Source: an uncultured Gammaproteobacteria bacterium
Lineage (GTDB): Bacteria; Patescibacteriota; Patescibacteriia; Buchananbacterales; UBA6539
DNA length: 60,986 nucleotides
Direction of reading: 5' to 3'
Assembly: GCA_964535715.1 (NCBI GenBank)
Contig: CAZHUO010000004.1
Coordinates: 1 to 60,986, forward strand
The notes under the pieces are model-generated. The model was not told the origin of the DNA and made no database searches. It saw only the letters and a program-made list of their open reading frames with translations. Each line of letters opens with the position of its first letter. Position 1 is the stretch's first letter. Of the stretch, positions 20,573 to 29,398 are shown one piece after another. The position numbers were made by a program, and so were the translations under genes.

Positions 20573-21090
20573 ACCGATGCTAATCTACTAATATATGCGA
20601 ATGATGCAAATAATTTATTACTCCTTTGGGTTTTAAATGTCTATCTCTAAAATTCACAAGAAGACCCAATTTTATTTCTTTAGCCCTTAGATATCTTTGC
20701 ATTTGATAATAATCATCCCGAGTGATAAAATTTTTGGCCTTGCATTCAATAATAATTTTATCTTCCACAATGAAATCGGCTATATTTCCGCCAATACAGT
20801 TGTCGTCATTATCAAATGATTCAAAATATATACTTACTTCTCGCTGATATTTTATGTTCGCATCTTTTATTAGTTGCTCTAACCTGTCACAATATTGTTT
20901 TTCTTTGACAAATCTTCCTAATTCATTATGAACTTAAAAGCACAAACCGGTGATTTGAAAAGAAAGTTGTGGAAATATTAGTTTTTGTTGCATATCAACA
21001 TAGCATTAATAATAAGAAGTGCTATGTTGATTTATATACTAAACTGCTATTCGTATCATTCGCATTTATTCGCATTCATTAGTATCGGCT
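20573..21090. mobile_element. inverted-repeat-bounded (IVS-like) element carrying a GxxExxY gene remnant
   Basis: The 45-nt arms are about 20573-20617 (ccgatgctaat...atgcgaatgatgcaaata) and 21047-21090 (its reverse complement, ...tattcgtatcattcgcat...attagtatcgg). The element fills the gap between the T-box terminator and the GNAT start. Confidence 0.5.
20580..20933 (-). pseudogene. GxxExxY-family (PD-(D/E)XK-like) protein, N-terminally truncated
   Basis: The frame is open from just after a TAA: VHNELGRFVKEKQY...ADFIVEDKIIIECKAK...LGLLVNF. There is no ATG, and the first usable start is GTG at 20768. Confidence 0.55.
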
Positions 21091-21271
21091 AAAAAAAGAC
21101 CAACCAGAAAAATTATCTGCTTGGGACTCCGTCTATAATAGCGGGGCGGTTCCACCCAAGTTCCCAAAGCCGACAATGCGTTGGGCACTTTAGTTTATTC
21201 AATTTATCGAAAGCTTAGCCGATTTGGTCCAAACGGAGTAAAGTTGGTGACTTTACCAATCACTTTGCGAT
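21091..21271 (-). promoter_or_regulatory. T-box riboswitch leader (candidate Thr specifier ACU)
   Basis: T-box core GGGUGGAACCGC (21157-21146). Antiterminator CUUGGG-[UGGAACC]-GCCCCG...CGGAGU-CCCAAG. Competing terminator CCAAGCAG...CUGGUUGG followed by UCUUUUUUU. GAAUAAACUA (ACU at 21194-21192), an AGUGA box and an F-box-like CCGUUU are also present. Confidence 0.75.
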
Positions 21272-21277
21272 ATTAAT

Positions 21278-21306
21278 AGTATAAAGCTAATAGCAGGTGA
21301 TGTCAA
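21278..21306 (-). promoter_or_regulatory. near-consensus sigma70 promoter driving the T-box leader
   Basis: Minus strand: TTGACA, 17 nt spacer, TATACT. Confidence 0.6.
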
Positions 21307-21367
21307 GAAAACAATTTTTGAATTGCTGAATTGTTTAATTGTTAAATTGTTCCATTGCTTAATTGCT

Positions 21368-21422
21368 TAATTGTCCTATTGAGATTGCTTCGTCGCTACG
21401 CTCCTCACAATGACCGGAGTTA
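21368..21422 (+). other. short solo attC-like hairpin site
   Basis: TAAT-t-gtcctattgag ... ctcacaatgac-cgga-GTTA, with loop cgtcgctacgctc. Confidence 0.35.
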
Positions 21423-21458
21423 TTAAACTAATTAAGAAAATCAAGTGTTTTCATGATA

Positions 21459-21486
21459 TTGACAAATAAATATTATATGCTACAAT
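21459..21486 (+). promoter_or_regulatory. near-consensus sigma70 promoter, antisense to the recombinase operon 3' end
   Basis: TTGACA, 16 nt spacer, TACAAT, followed by the gtggtttataaaccac palindrome and ggtcttttt. Confidence 0.4.
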
Positions 21487-21554
21487 GATATTGAAAAAGG
21501 CTTTCGGCCGTGGTTTATAAACCACAATTTGGCGGAAGGTCTTTTTCGTTTATT

Positions 21555-21971
21555 TCATTTTTCGACGGGAAATGTCGAGATAAGCCATTTTTGTCCAGAT
21601 CTTTTATCCTCCTTTATCTGCACAAAAAATAAATCTTTATCTTTGGTTACACCAGCAAATCGATGAAAAATTTCTGAACTCTTATTGGGGTTTTCTTTAG
21701 ATACCGGTTCATATCGTGATTTTTGAATAAGCTCAATGGCACAAGGAAAATATTTAACGCGTCTTGTTTTATCAGCTAAACTTAATTTTTGATGCAAATG
21801 GTGCCAATATAAATCTAAAAATATTTTATCTTTATTAAAATAGGCTGATCTAACATAAGGCTTTCTTTTTGTTTTGATTTTAATTAATTTATAAAATACA
21901 AATGCTTTTTTATAAGATTCTGACCATTTTGTTCCGGCAACCTTACTTGTATTAGTTTGATATATCTTCAT
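21555..21971 (-). CDS. hypothetical protein co-transcribed with the recombinase
   Basis: 138-aa ORF starting 5 nt after the recombinase stop. No motif recognised. Confidence 0.6.
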   Translation of the reverse strand: MKIYQTNTSKVAGTKWSESYKKAFVFYKLIKIKTKRKPYVRSAYFNKDKIFLDLYWHHLHQKLSLADKTRRVKYFPCAIELIQKSRYEPVSKENPNKSSEIFHRFAGVTKDKDLFFVQIKEDKRSGQKWLISTFPVEK

Positions 21972-21975
21972 AATT

Positions 21976-22851
21976 CTACAATGGCGACTTAATCTGACTT
22001 AAAAACTTATTGGAAACTCTGGTATAAATCTGAGTAGTCGTCAGACTTTTATGGCCAAGCAAAGTCTGGATATAACGAATGTCTACCCCGTCTTCAAGCA
22101 GATGGGTGGCAAAGCTATGTCGCAGGCTATGGCAAGTTGCTGATTTTCTAATTTCGGCATTGGCCAAGGCTTGTTTGAAAATTTTTTCAACCGACCTTGC
22201 AGAAAGGTACAAATTATTATAACCGGAAAAAATGTATTGCCCAAATTCTTTTTGGCAAATGAAATTTTGCAGATCAGAGACAAGTCTTTCCGAAAATATC
22301 GTCTGTCTGTCTTTTCTGCCCTTCCCCTGCCTCACCCATAATATTTTATTTTCCAAATCAAAATCCTTGACTTTCAGCTTAACGACTTCAGATACTCTTA
22401 AGCCGGCAGAATACATTAAAGCCAAAATTAATTTGTGCTTTTTATTATTTACCACATCAAGGAGTTTTCCTATTTCAGCTTTAGACAAAACCACAGGCAG
22501 CTTTTTTTCGCCCTTTGGCAGGCGGAAACTATAATAAAACCGCCTTTTTTTAACCTGGCGGTAATAAAATTTTATGGCATTAAAAGCCAAGCGGGAAGTT
22601 GAAGCAGAAACCTTCCTTTTTTCCAACAAATACCACAGATAATCCTTAATATCTGAGGCAGTAATTGAGGTCGGATCTTTTTGACAGTACCTGATTAAAT
22701 CGGTATTATAAAATAAGTAGGCCTGAACGGTTTTTGGGCTAAAATTACGAATTTCCAGTTCTTTTTTTAGGGATCCCCGCACAAAAACACTATCGAATTT
22801 AATGTGTTCGGGTTTTTCCGCACTTTTTGTATGGGGTAAATCAAAAAACAT
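21976..22851 (-). CDS. tyrosine recombinase, IntI/Xer-like, without the IntI-specific insertion
   Basis: Catalytic set is present: AGLRVSE (R), GKGRKDR (K), [10 protein letters not shown] (HxxR), LLGH, QIYTRV (Y). The N-terminal [21 protein letters not shown] and LPVVLS resemble IntI1 (recalled from memory). Confidence 0.9.
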   Translation of the reverse strand: [291 protein letters not shown]

Positions 22852-22901
22852 AGCGTTGTTCGGTTAATAATTAGAGATATAACCTAGTTATATGCGCTAT
22901 G

Positions 22902-22931
22902 TTGATAATCAAATATTAGCTAATTTATATA
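22902..22931 (+). promoter_or_regulatory. candidate outward (Pc-like) promoter facing the cassette array
   Basis: TTGATA, 18 nt spacer, TATATA. Confidence 0.3.
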
Positions 22932-22941
22932 TAAAAGTCAA

Positions 22942-22963
22942 CAACTTCGCCTAAAAGAAGTTG
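22942..22963 (+). other. attI-like junction
   Basis: caacttc-gcctaaaa-gaaGTTG. The GTT at 22960-22962 begins the first cassette's end-complementarity. Confidence 0.5.
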
Positions 22964-23033
22964 TACGAAATAATGAAAAATTCTTTTTGCCCTATCGGGC
23001 AAAATAATCGGGCTAATTTTAAATTTCTCTTTT

Positions 23034-24032
23034 ATGTATAATCCAGAAAAAAATATTCCATTTGAAAAATCTTCGGCTAGTGCTTCAACGGAAGAAATTT
23101 CTAAATCTTTTGAAAATGAAGAATCGGAACAAAATGATACATCGGAAGCTCAAAGTCAACCTATGCTCGAAAAAAATAAATACAGCCCCGAAGCCAGACA
23201 AGAACAAATTACAGAGCAAGCAACAATGATTCGCAAATGGGCAACAGAACAAGGACTTCAAGAAGGTAAGGACTTTTTAATAATCGAGAATATTAAAGAT
23301 GTTATTGGCAAAGATGAAGAAGTTGTACCGCATGAAACTAAAGCGTTTTATATGGCTATTCACGAAAATCAATACCGAAAATTTCGTGATTATTTTATAT
23401 CAAGATACAACGATGAAATGAAAGCAAAAGATTCAAAAAATGAAGTTCGTTTGGATTATAGTTGGGGTGGACGTTTCCTGGTCGGCTGGGCAGGAGTTCC
23501 TTGTGATACTGTTGCAGCTTCTGATATAGAAAATATAACAGTCCCTACTCATCATCAAGAGTTTAAACGTTTCTTTAAAAGTAAGGCAGGATTTGATTTT
23601 CCAACAGCAGAAACGCTAAATCCGATACTAAGGGAAATGTCAGACAAAGGTTTGGCATTATACGAAACTGCGCTAACCAAATTAAATGAATTAAAAGAAT
23701 CAGAAACTCTTCCTGACGATGGATATGGCTTAATCGATAGCGTTGTTCATGCTATTGAACTACTTAAAAAGGCTCAAAAAGGAAATGCGGTTACAGAACT
23801 CCCCGAAGAGATTCGTGGCACAATGCCAATAGAAACGCGCACTTATGCAGATCTGACATACAACGCAGAAGATATTGCCAACTTTGATCGCGTAATAAAA
23901 ATAACAGGAATAAAAATCCCTACTGAAGCAAGAATTGATAAGATATTTGATCAATTCAATTTTGATAGAAACCAAATGGAACAAATATGTAAAGATTTTT
24001 CTGATTATTTGATGGTAAAAAGAGAAATTTAA
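23034..24032 (+). CDS. cassette 1: hypothetical protein (332 aa)
   Basis: ORF bracketed by about 60-nt inverted repeats at 22961-23020 and 24031-24094. Confidence 0.6.
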   Translation: MYNPEKNIPFEKSSASASTEEISKSFENEESEQNDTSEAQSQPMLEKNKYSPEARQEQITEQATMIRKWATEQGLQEGKDFLIIENIKDVIGKDEEVVPHETKAFYMAIHENQYRKFRDYFISRYNDEMKAKDSKNEVRLDYSWGGRFLVGWAGVPCDTVAASDIENITVPTHHQEFKRFFKSKAGFDFPTAETLNPILREMSDKGLALYETALTKLNELKESETLPDDGYGLIDSVVHAIELLKKAQKGNAVTELPEEIRGTMPIETRTYADLTYNAEDIANFDRVIKITGIKIPTEARIDKIFDQFNFDRNQMEQICKDFSDYLMVKREI

Positions 24033-24090
24033 AATTAGCCCGATATATAATTCGCCTATCGGCGAAATAAGAATTTTTCATTACATCGTA

Positions 24091-24186
24091 CAACACGGCA
24101 TATCTGGTTACGGCTTTTATACAAAAGCCTCCACCCATATTTGCCTCTGCTACGCTACGGCAAACATCAGATATGCCGAAACGTTA
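24091..24186 (+). other. attC-like site 1
   Basis: CAAC-a-cggcatatctg ... cagatatgccg-aaac-GTTA, 96 nt, with two inner hairpins. Confidence 0.7.
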
Positions 24187-24325
24187 TATGAAATACATGT
24201 TTTCCTTTTGGGGCTATCGCCCCAGCTCTTAAAAAAGAATCCGATTTTGTTTTTCTTTTATTATAGAGGGGAAATTCGGTGTTTCCTCCGCTTCGCTCCA
24301 GAAACGATTTTAATTTTAGGGGAAA

Positions 24326-26728
24326 ATGAATACAATAAACCTGCATTACAACAAAATTATGACTGATAAAAAACAGCTCTCTGAGCAAGACATAAGAACA
24401 AAATTCATAACACCGGCTATTAAAAATGCCGGATGGGATGAAATGACACAGCTTCGTGAAGAAGTCTATTTTACTGCTGGACGAATTGAGGTTAAAGGAA
24501 AAATCGTCAAACGAGGTGAAGCCAAAAAAGCTGATTATATCCTTTATCACAAACATAATTTCCCAATTGCGGTTATTGAAGCAAAAGACAACAAGCATTC
24601 AATCGCAAGTGGAATCCAACAAGCACAAGACTACGCTGAAATTTTAGATATACCTTTTGCATATAGCTCAAATGGAGATGGTTTTTTAGAGCATGATTTT
24701 TTTACAGGAAAAGAAAGAAAACTATCTTTAGAAGAATTACCAAGCCCTACTGAACTTTTTGAACGATACAAAAAAGCAAAAGGAATTGATCAAGAAATAG
24801 AAAAAGTTATTAGCACGCCTTACTATTCTGACGGCTCGGGGAAAACTCCGCGATATTATCAAGAGGTTGCTATCAACAGAACTATTGAAGCAGTCGCAAA
24901 GGGACAAAAAAGAATCATGACAGTAATGGCTACCGGAACAGGAAAAACGCTTGTTGCCGGTCAAATTATTTGGCGACTTTGGAAATCTCGAAAAGCAAAA
25001 CGAATTTTATTTTTAGCAGACAGAAATATTTTGGTTGATCAGACAATGGTCAATGATTTTAAACATTTTGGCGACAAAATGATAAAGATTCAAAGAGGAA
25101 AAATCAGTAAAGCCCACGAGATTTATTTAGGACTCTATCAATCGCTCACCGGAAATGATGAAGAAAGAAACGCCTACAAGGAATTTAGTCCGGATTTTTT
25201 TGACTTAGTTATTATTGATGAGTGCCACAGAGGCAGTGCATCGGCAGATTCAGCGTGGCGAGAAGTTTTATCATATTTTGATAATGCCGTGCATATTGGC
25301 TTAACAGCAACACCAAAAGAGACAAATAAAATATCAAATCAAGAATATTTTGGAGAGCCTATTTATACCTACTCACTAAAACAAGGTATTGATGATGGAT
25401 TTTTGGCTCCATACAAAGTGATAAAAATAATGCTTAATAAAGACGTAGGAGGCTATCGACCAAGTATTTTTGATAGAGATCGAGAGGGGCGTGAAATTGA
25501 AGATAAAGAATATACGGAAAAAGATTTTGACAGAACGCTCGTTTTGACCGAAAGAACAAAAACAGTAGCAAAAGAAGTTTCGCAGTACTTAAAAAAGACT
25601 GATCGCTATGCAAAAACGATTATTTTTTGCGTTGATATTGAACATGCCGAACGAATGCGTGAGGCTCTTATTTCTGAAAATAGCGATCTTATAAAAGAAA
25701 ATCGTAAGTATATCATGAAGATTACAGGTGACGATAAAGAAGGAAAAGACGAACTAGACAGCTTTATTGATCCTGAAAATCCCTACCCGACAATTGTTAC
25801 CACGAGCAAGTTGATGACAACCGGCGTAGATGCTCAAACATGCAAACTCATTGTTTTAGATTCAAATATCAACTCAATGACTGAATTTAAACAGATTATT
25901 GGGCGCGGTACTCGTATCAATGAACCATACGGAAAAACACATTTTACAATTCTTGATTTTAGAAATGTAACCAAATTATTTGCCGATCCTGATTTTGACG
26001 GAGATCCTATTCAAATTAAAGAAATGAAACAAGGCGAAGAAATGGAAGTGGAAGAAGCGGATATTAGTGCTGAAATGGTAATCGAGAAAGAACCGCCAAC
26101 AGAAGAAAAGCCAGATATAATTGAAGGTGGTGAAATAGAAGAAGGACACCGAGAAAAGATTTATGTCGATAATGTTCCGGTAAATGTTGCTTACAAACAC
26201 ACGCAATACCTTGACGCAAGCGGAAAACTCATCACAGAATCGCTAAAAGACTATTCTCGCAAACAAATTCGTCAAAAATATGCTTCGTTAGATGACTTTT
26301 TGCAAAATTGGGACAAACACAAAAGAAAGTATTACATTTTTGAGGAACTCTCAAATCAAGGAATAATGCTTTCTGAACTCCAAAAAGACATGGGAGAAGA
26401 AGTCGGAAAAGATCTTGATTTGTTCGATATTGTGATGCACGTGGCTTTTGATAAGAAAAAACTCATGACACGCTCCGAACGTGCCAAAAAAGTAAGAAAG
26501 AAAAACTATCTAACAAAGTACTCGGAAAAAGCACGAAAAGTGCTTGATGCTTTACTGGATAAATACGCAGATGAAGGACTGGAATATATTGAAGATATTA
26601 ATATCCTTCGTATTGATCCGTTTATAACATTCGGCTCACCAGTTGAGATTGTAAAGGAATTTGGAGGAAGAGAACGCTATTTTCAAGCGGTCGAGGAGCT
26701 AGAACGAGAAATTTATGCTTTTAACTAA
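24326..26728 (+). CDS. hsdR: Type I restriction enzyme R subunit
   Basis: N-terminal nuclease region (ADYILY...VIEAK), helicase motifs MATGTGKT and DECHRG, TATP. Confidence 0.93.
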   Translation: MNTINLHYNKIMTDKKQLSEQDIRTKFITPAIKNAGWDEMTQLREEVYFTAGRIEVKGKIVKRGEAKKADYILYHKHNFPIAVIEAKDNKHSIASGIQQAQDYAEILDIPFAYSSNGDGFLEHDFFTGKERKLSLEELPSPTELFERYKKAKGIDQEIEKVISTPYYSDGSGKTPRYYQEVAINRTIEAVAKGQKRIMTVMATGTGKTLVAGQIIWRLWKSRKAKRILFLADRNILVDQTMVNDFKHFGDKMIKIQRGKISKAHEIYLGLYQSLTGNDEERNAYKEFSPDFFDLVIIDECHRGSASADSAWREVLSYFDNAVHIGLTATPKETNKISNQEYFGEPIYTYSLKQGIDDGFLAPYKVIKIMLNKDVGGYRPSIFDRDREGREIEDKEYTEKDFDRTLVLTERTKTVAKEVSQYLKKTDRYAKTIIFCVDIEHAERMREALISENSDLIKENRKYIMKITGDDKEGKDELDSFIDPENPYPTIVTTSKLMTTGVDAQTCKLIVLDSNINSMTEFKQIIGRGTRINEPYGKTHFTILDFRNVTKLFADPDFDGDPIQIKEMKQGEEMEVEEADISAEMVIEKEPPTEEKPDIIEGGEIEEGHREKIYVDNVPVNVAYKHTQYLDASGKLITESLKDYSRKQIRQKYASLDDFLQNWDKHKRKYYIFEELSNQGIMLSELQKDMGEEVGKDLDLFDIVMHVAFDKKKLMTRSERAKKVRKKNYLTKYSEKARKVLDALLDKYADEGLEYIEDINILRIDPFITFGSPVEIVKEFGGRERYFQAVEELEREIYAFN

Positions 26729-26733
26729 AAACT

Positions 26734-28164
26734 ATGTCTAATCTTTCAGGAATTATAAAATCAATCCAAAACATCATGCGTAAAGATCATGGTGTAGATG
26801 GTGATGCCCAAAGGCTTTCACAACTTGTTTGGATGCTTTTTCTTAAAATTTTTGATGAAACCGAAGAAGAAAAAGAAGTTTTGAATCCAAAATACAAATC
26901 ACCAATTTCTGAAGAATTACGCTGGAGAAATTGGGCGGAAAATGACGAAGGAATGACAGGTGATGACTTACTTGAATTTATCAACAACAAACTCTTTCCA
27001 GCATTCAAAAATTTTGAATACACCGCCAAAGATAATGAAGCTGGTTTTATTGTAAAATCTGTTTTTGAGGATAGTTTTAACTACATGAAAAGCGGAACGC
27101 TCATCCGCCAAGTGATCAATAAAATAAACGAGATAAACTTTAATCGAAAAGCCGACCGCGACCAATTCGGAACAATTTACGAGGAACTTTTGAGAGGCCT
27201 GCAAAGTGCAGGAAATGCTGGAGAATTTTACACTCCGCGCGCCTTAACTGAATTTATCGTCGAAATGGTAAATCCCAAATTGGGTGAAAGTATTTTTGAT
27301 CCGGCTTGTGGAACTGGCGGCTTCTTGACTTCGGTTATTGAACACGTGAGAAAAAATGATGTACATACCGCAGAAGACGAGGCGCTTATAAAGAAAACAA
27401 TCAAAGGCAGTGAACTCAAACAGCTTCCGCACATGCTTTGTGTAACAAATATGATGCTTCATGGAATTGCGGCACCGACCAATATCAAACGTGGCGATTC
27501 TTTAGCTCAACCGATTAAAGACATTAGCCCGGAGCAAAGAGTAGATTGTATCGTTGCAAATCCGCCTTTTGGAGGAACAGTTGGAGACGGAATTTTGGCA
27601 AACTTTCCTGCGACTTTAAAAACAAAAGAATCCGCCGACTTGTTTTTGATTCTTTTTATGAAACTCCTCAAGCCAAATGGCAGAGCTGGAATTGTTTTGC
27701 CTGACGGTTCGCTCACTGGTGATGGTGTAAAGGCTCGTATTCGTGAAAAATGGCTGGAAGAATGCAATTTGCACACAATAATCCGACTGCCAAATTCAGT
27801 TTTCTCTCCATATGCGACTGTTGCCACAAATTTATTATTCTTCACCAAAGGCGAACCTACAAAAGAAATTTGGTATTATGAACACCGACTTCCCGAAGGT
27901 CAAAAGTCATATTCCAAGACAAAACCAATTGAAGTCAAAGAATTTGAACCGATCAAAAACTGGTGGAACAATCGTACAGAAAGCGACATTTCATGGAAAG
28001 TTTCAATAGCTGACATTAAAGCCAAAAATTGGGAATTGGACATTAAAAATCCAGCTCAACAAGATGAGGAATATGAACACACAACCGAAGAACTAATTCA
28101 AAAACTAGAAACTTCACTTGATGAAAGCAAACAAATTTTAGAATCTTTAAAAGCCGAATTATGA
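26734..28164 (+). CDS. hsdM: Type I restriction-modification methyltransferase subunit
   Basis: HsdM N-terminal domain, the SAM site DPACGTGGF, and the catalytic NPPFG motif. Confidence 0.95.
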   Translation: MSNLSGIIKSIQNIMRKDHGVDGDAQRLSQLVWMLFLKIFDETEEEKEVLNPKYKSPISEELRWRNWAENDEGMTGDDLLEFINNKLFPAFKNFEYTAKDNEAGFIVKSVFEDSFNYMKSGTLIRQVINKINEINFNRKADRDQFGTIYEELLRGLQSAGNAGEFYTPRALTEFIVEMVNPKLGESIFDPACGTGGFLTSVIEHVRKNDVHTAEDEALIKKTIKGSELKQLPHMLCVTNMMLHGIAAPTNIKRGDSLAQPIKDISPEQRVDCIVANPPFGGTVGDGILANFPATLKTKESADLFLILFMKLLKPNGRAGIVLPDGSLTGDGVKARIREKWLEECNLHTIIRLPNSVFSPYATVATNLLFFTKGEPTKEIWYYEHRLPEGQKSYSKTKPIEVKEFEPIKNWWNNRTESDISWKVSIADIKAKNWELDIKNPAQQDEEYEHTTEELIQKLETSLDESKQILESLKAEL

Positions 28165-29396
28165 GTGAATTGATGCCAATAAAAAAAATTTTCAATTTCG
28201 AAAAAGGAAGTTTGCAAAGTACTAAATGCACGCCAGGTGCTTTTACTTTTGTAACCGCAGGTACGGATTGGAAAACCCACAATGAATTCACTCATGAGAC
28301 AGAAGCTTTGATTTTGGCTGTAGCCGCTGCCGGATCATTAGGCCGTTGTCATTACATAAAAGGTAAATTTATCGCAAGCGACCTTTGCTTTATACTAACC
28401 CCAAAAAATAATGAATTATTACCAGTCGATTTAGAATTTTATCATCAACTTTTTAAAGTATTAAAGGACGACTTGGTCCAAAAAACAGCCACAGGAACAT
28501 CTAAACTATCAATTAACAGATCAAACTTTGGCAATTACAAAATTCCCTATTTTGACATATCGCATCAAAGAAAGTTTAAAAATATTTTAAATAAAATTAT
28601 CGATAAAAAAGAAAAGTTATTATCTTGCAGTAAAAACCAAGAAAATTTAATTGATTTTTTAAGAAAACAAGTTCTTCATGATGTGATTTCTGGTAATCTT
28701 ACTACTGATCAAAAAACAAAAAAATATACTATTGAATCTACAAGCGAGATGTTTGAAAAAATCAGAGAAGTAAGAGAAAAAATGATAAAAGACAAAAAGA
28801 TTAAAAAAGACAAACAACTTCCACCAATCTCAATGAATGAAGTGCCGTTCGAGATACGCTCACAATATTTATGGGCAAGAGTAGACAATTTATTTTTTAT
28901 CAAAAAAGGAGAAACGGGTATAAAAAAGGCCAATCCCGGAATTTATCCATTAGTTGTTACTGCCGAAGAGCGATTAACACATAATGTTTATGAAATTGAC
29001 GGCGAGGCTATTTTAATACCAATGGTTTCGTCTACGGGACACGGTCATGCATCACTTAAAAGAATTCACTTTCAAGATGGTAAATTTGCACTAGGCTCAA
29101 TCCTTTCAGCTTTAATACCAATTACTCCAGAGTTTATCTCTGCAAAATTTTACTACTATTTTTTAAACAACTACAGAAACCAATTAATCGTAAGTAGAAT
29201 GGGTGGAGCCGCAAATGTTGCACTTACGCAAAAAGCATTAAGAAGTATAATCGTTCCTGTATTACCAATAGAGGTTCAACAGAAAGCAGTTAGATTGTTA
29301 GAGTGCGCTAATTTAATAGAAGGAAAAATAAAACAAAACAAACAAGATGCAGAAATGCTGATGCAAAGTTTTTTGGTTGAGGCTTTTAAAAGTTAA
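28161..29396 (+). CDS. hsdS: Type I restriction-modification specificity subunit
   Basis: Two target-recognition halves separated by a coiled spacer, with an ATGA overlap onto hsdM. Confidence 0.85.
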   Translation: MSELMPIKKIFNFEKGSLQSTKCTPGAFTFVTAGTDWKTHNEFTHETEALILAVAAAGSLGRCHYIKGKFIASDLCFILTPKNNELLPVDLEFYHQLFKVLKDDLVQKTATGTSKLSINRSNFGNYKIPYFDISHQRKFKNILNKIIDKKEKLLSCSKNQENLIDFLRKQVLHDVISGNLTTDQKTKKYTIESTSEMFEKIREVREKMIKDKKIKKDKQLPPISMNEVPFEIRSQYLWARVDNLFFIKKGETGIKKANPGIYPLVVTAEERLTHNVYEIDGEAILIPMVSSTGHGHASLKRIHFQDGKFALGSILSALIPITPEFISAKFYYYFLNNYRNQLIVSRMGGAANVALTQKALRSIIVPVLPIEVQQKAVRLLECANLIEGKIKQNKQDAEMLMQSFLVEAFKS

Positions 29397-29398
29397 TT

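Noticed and set aside
20993-21037. The hairpin atcaacatagca...tgctatgttgat, which resembles the hairpin over the recombinase start (22846-22905). I considered the pair as boundaries of a mobile recombinase module.
   Set aside because: Only about 11-12 nt are shared. The left copy lies inside the GxxExxY element. There are no direct repeats or other support.
21100-21260. The structured region containing ggtggaaccgcc and the closing pairing gactccgt/acggagt. I considered it as a tRNA fragment (att site), an SRP/4.5S RNA or a 6S-like RNA.
   Set aside because: There is no cloverleaf and no SRP domain IV motif (GGAAGCAGCC-like). The GGGUGGAACCGC core, the 7-nt UGGAACC bulge and the overlapping terminator fit a T-box leader much better.
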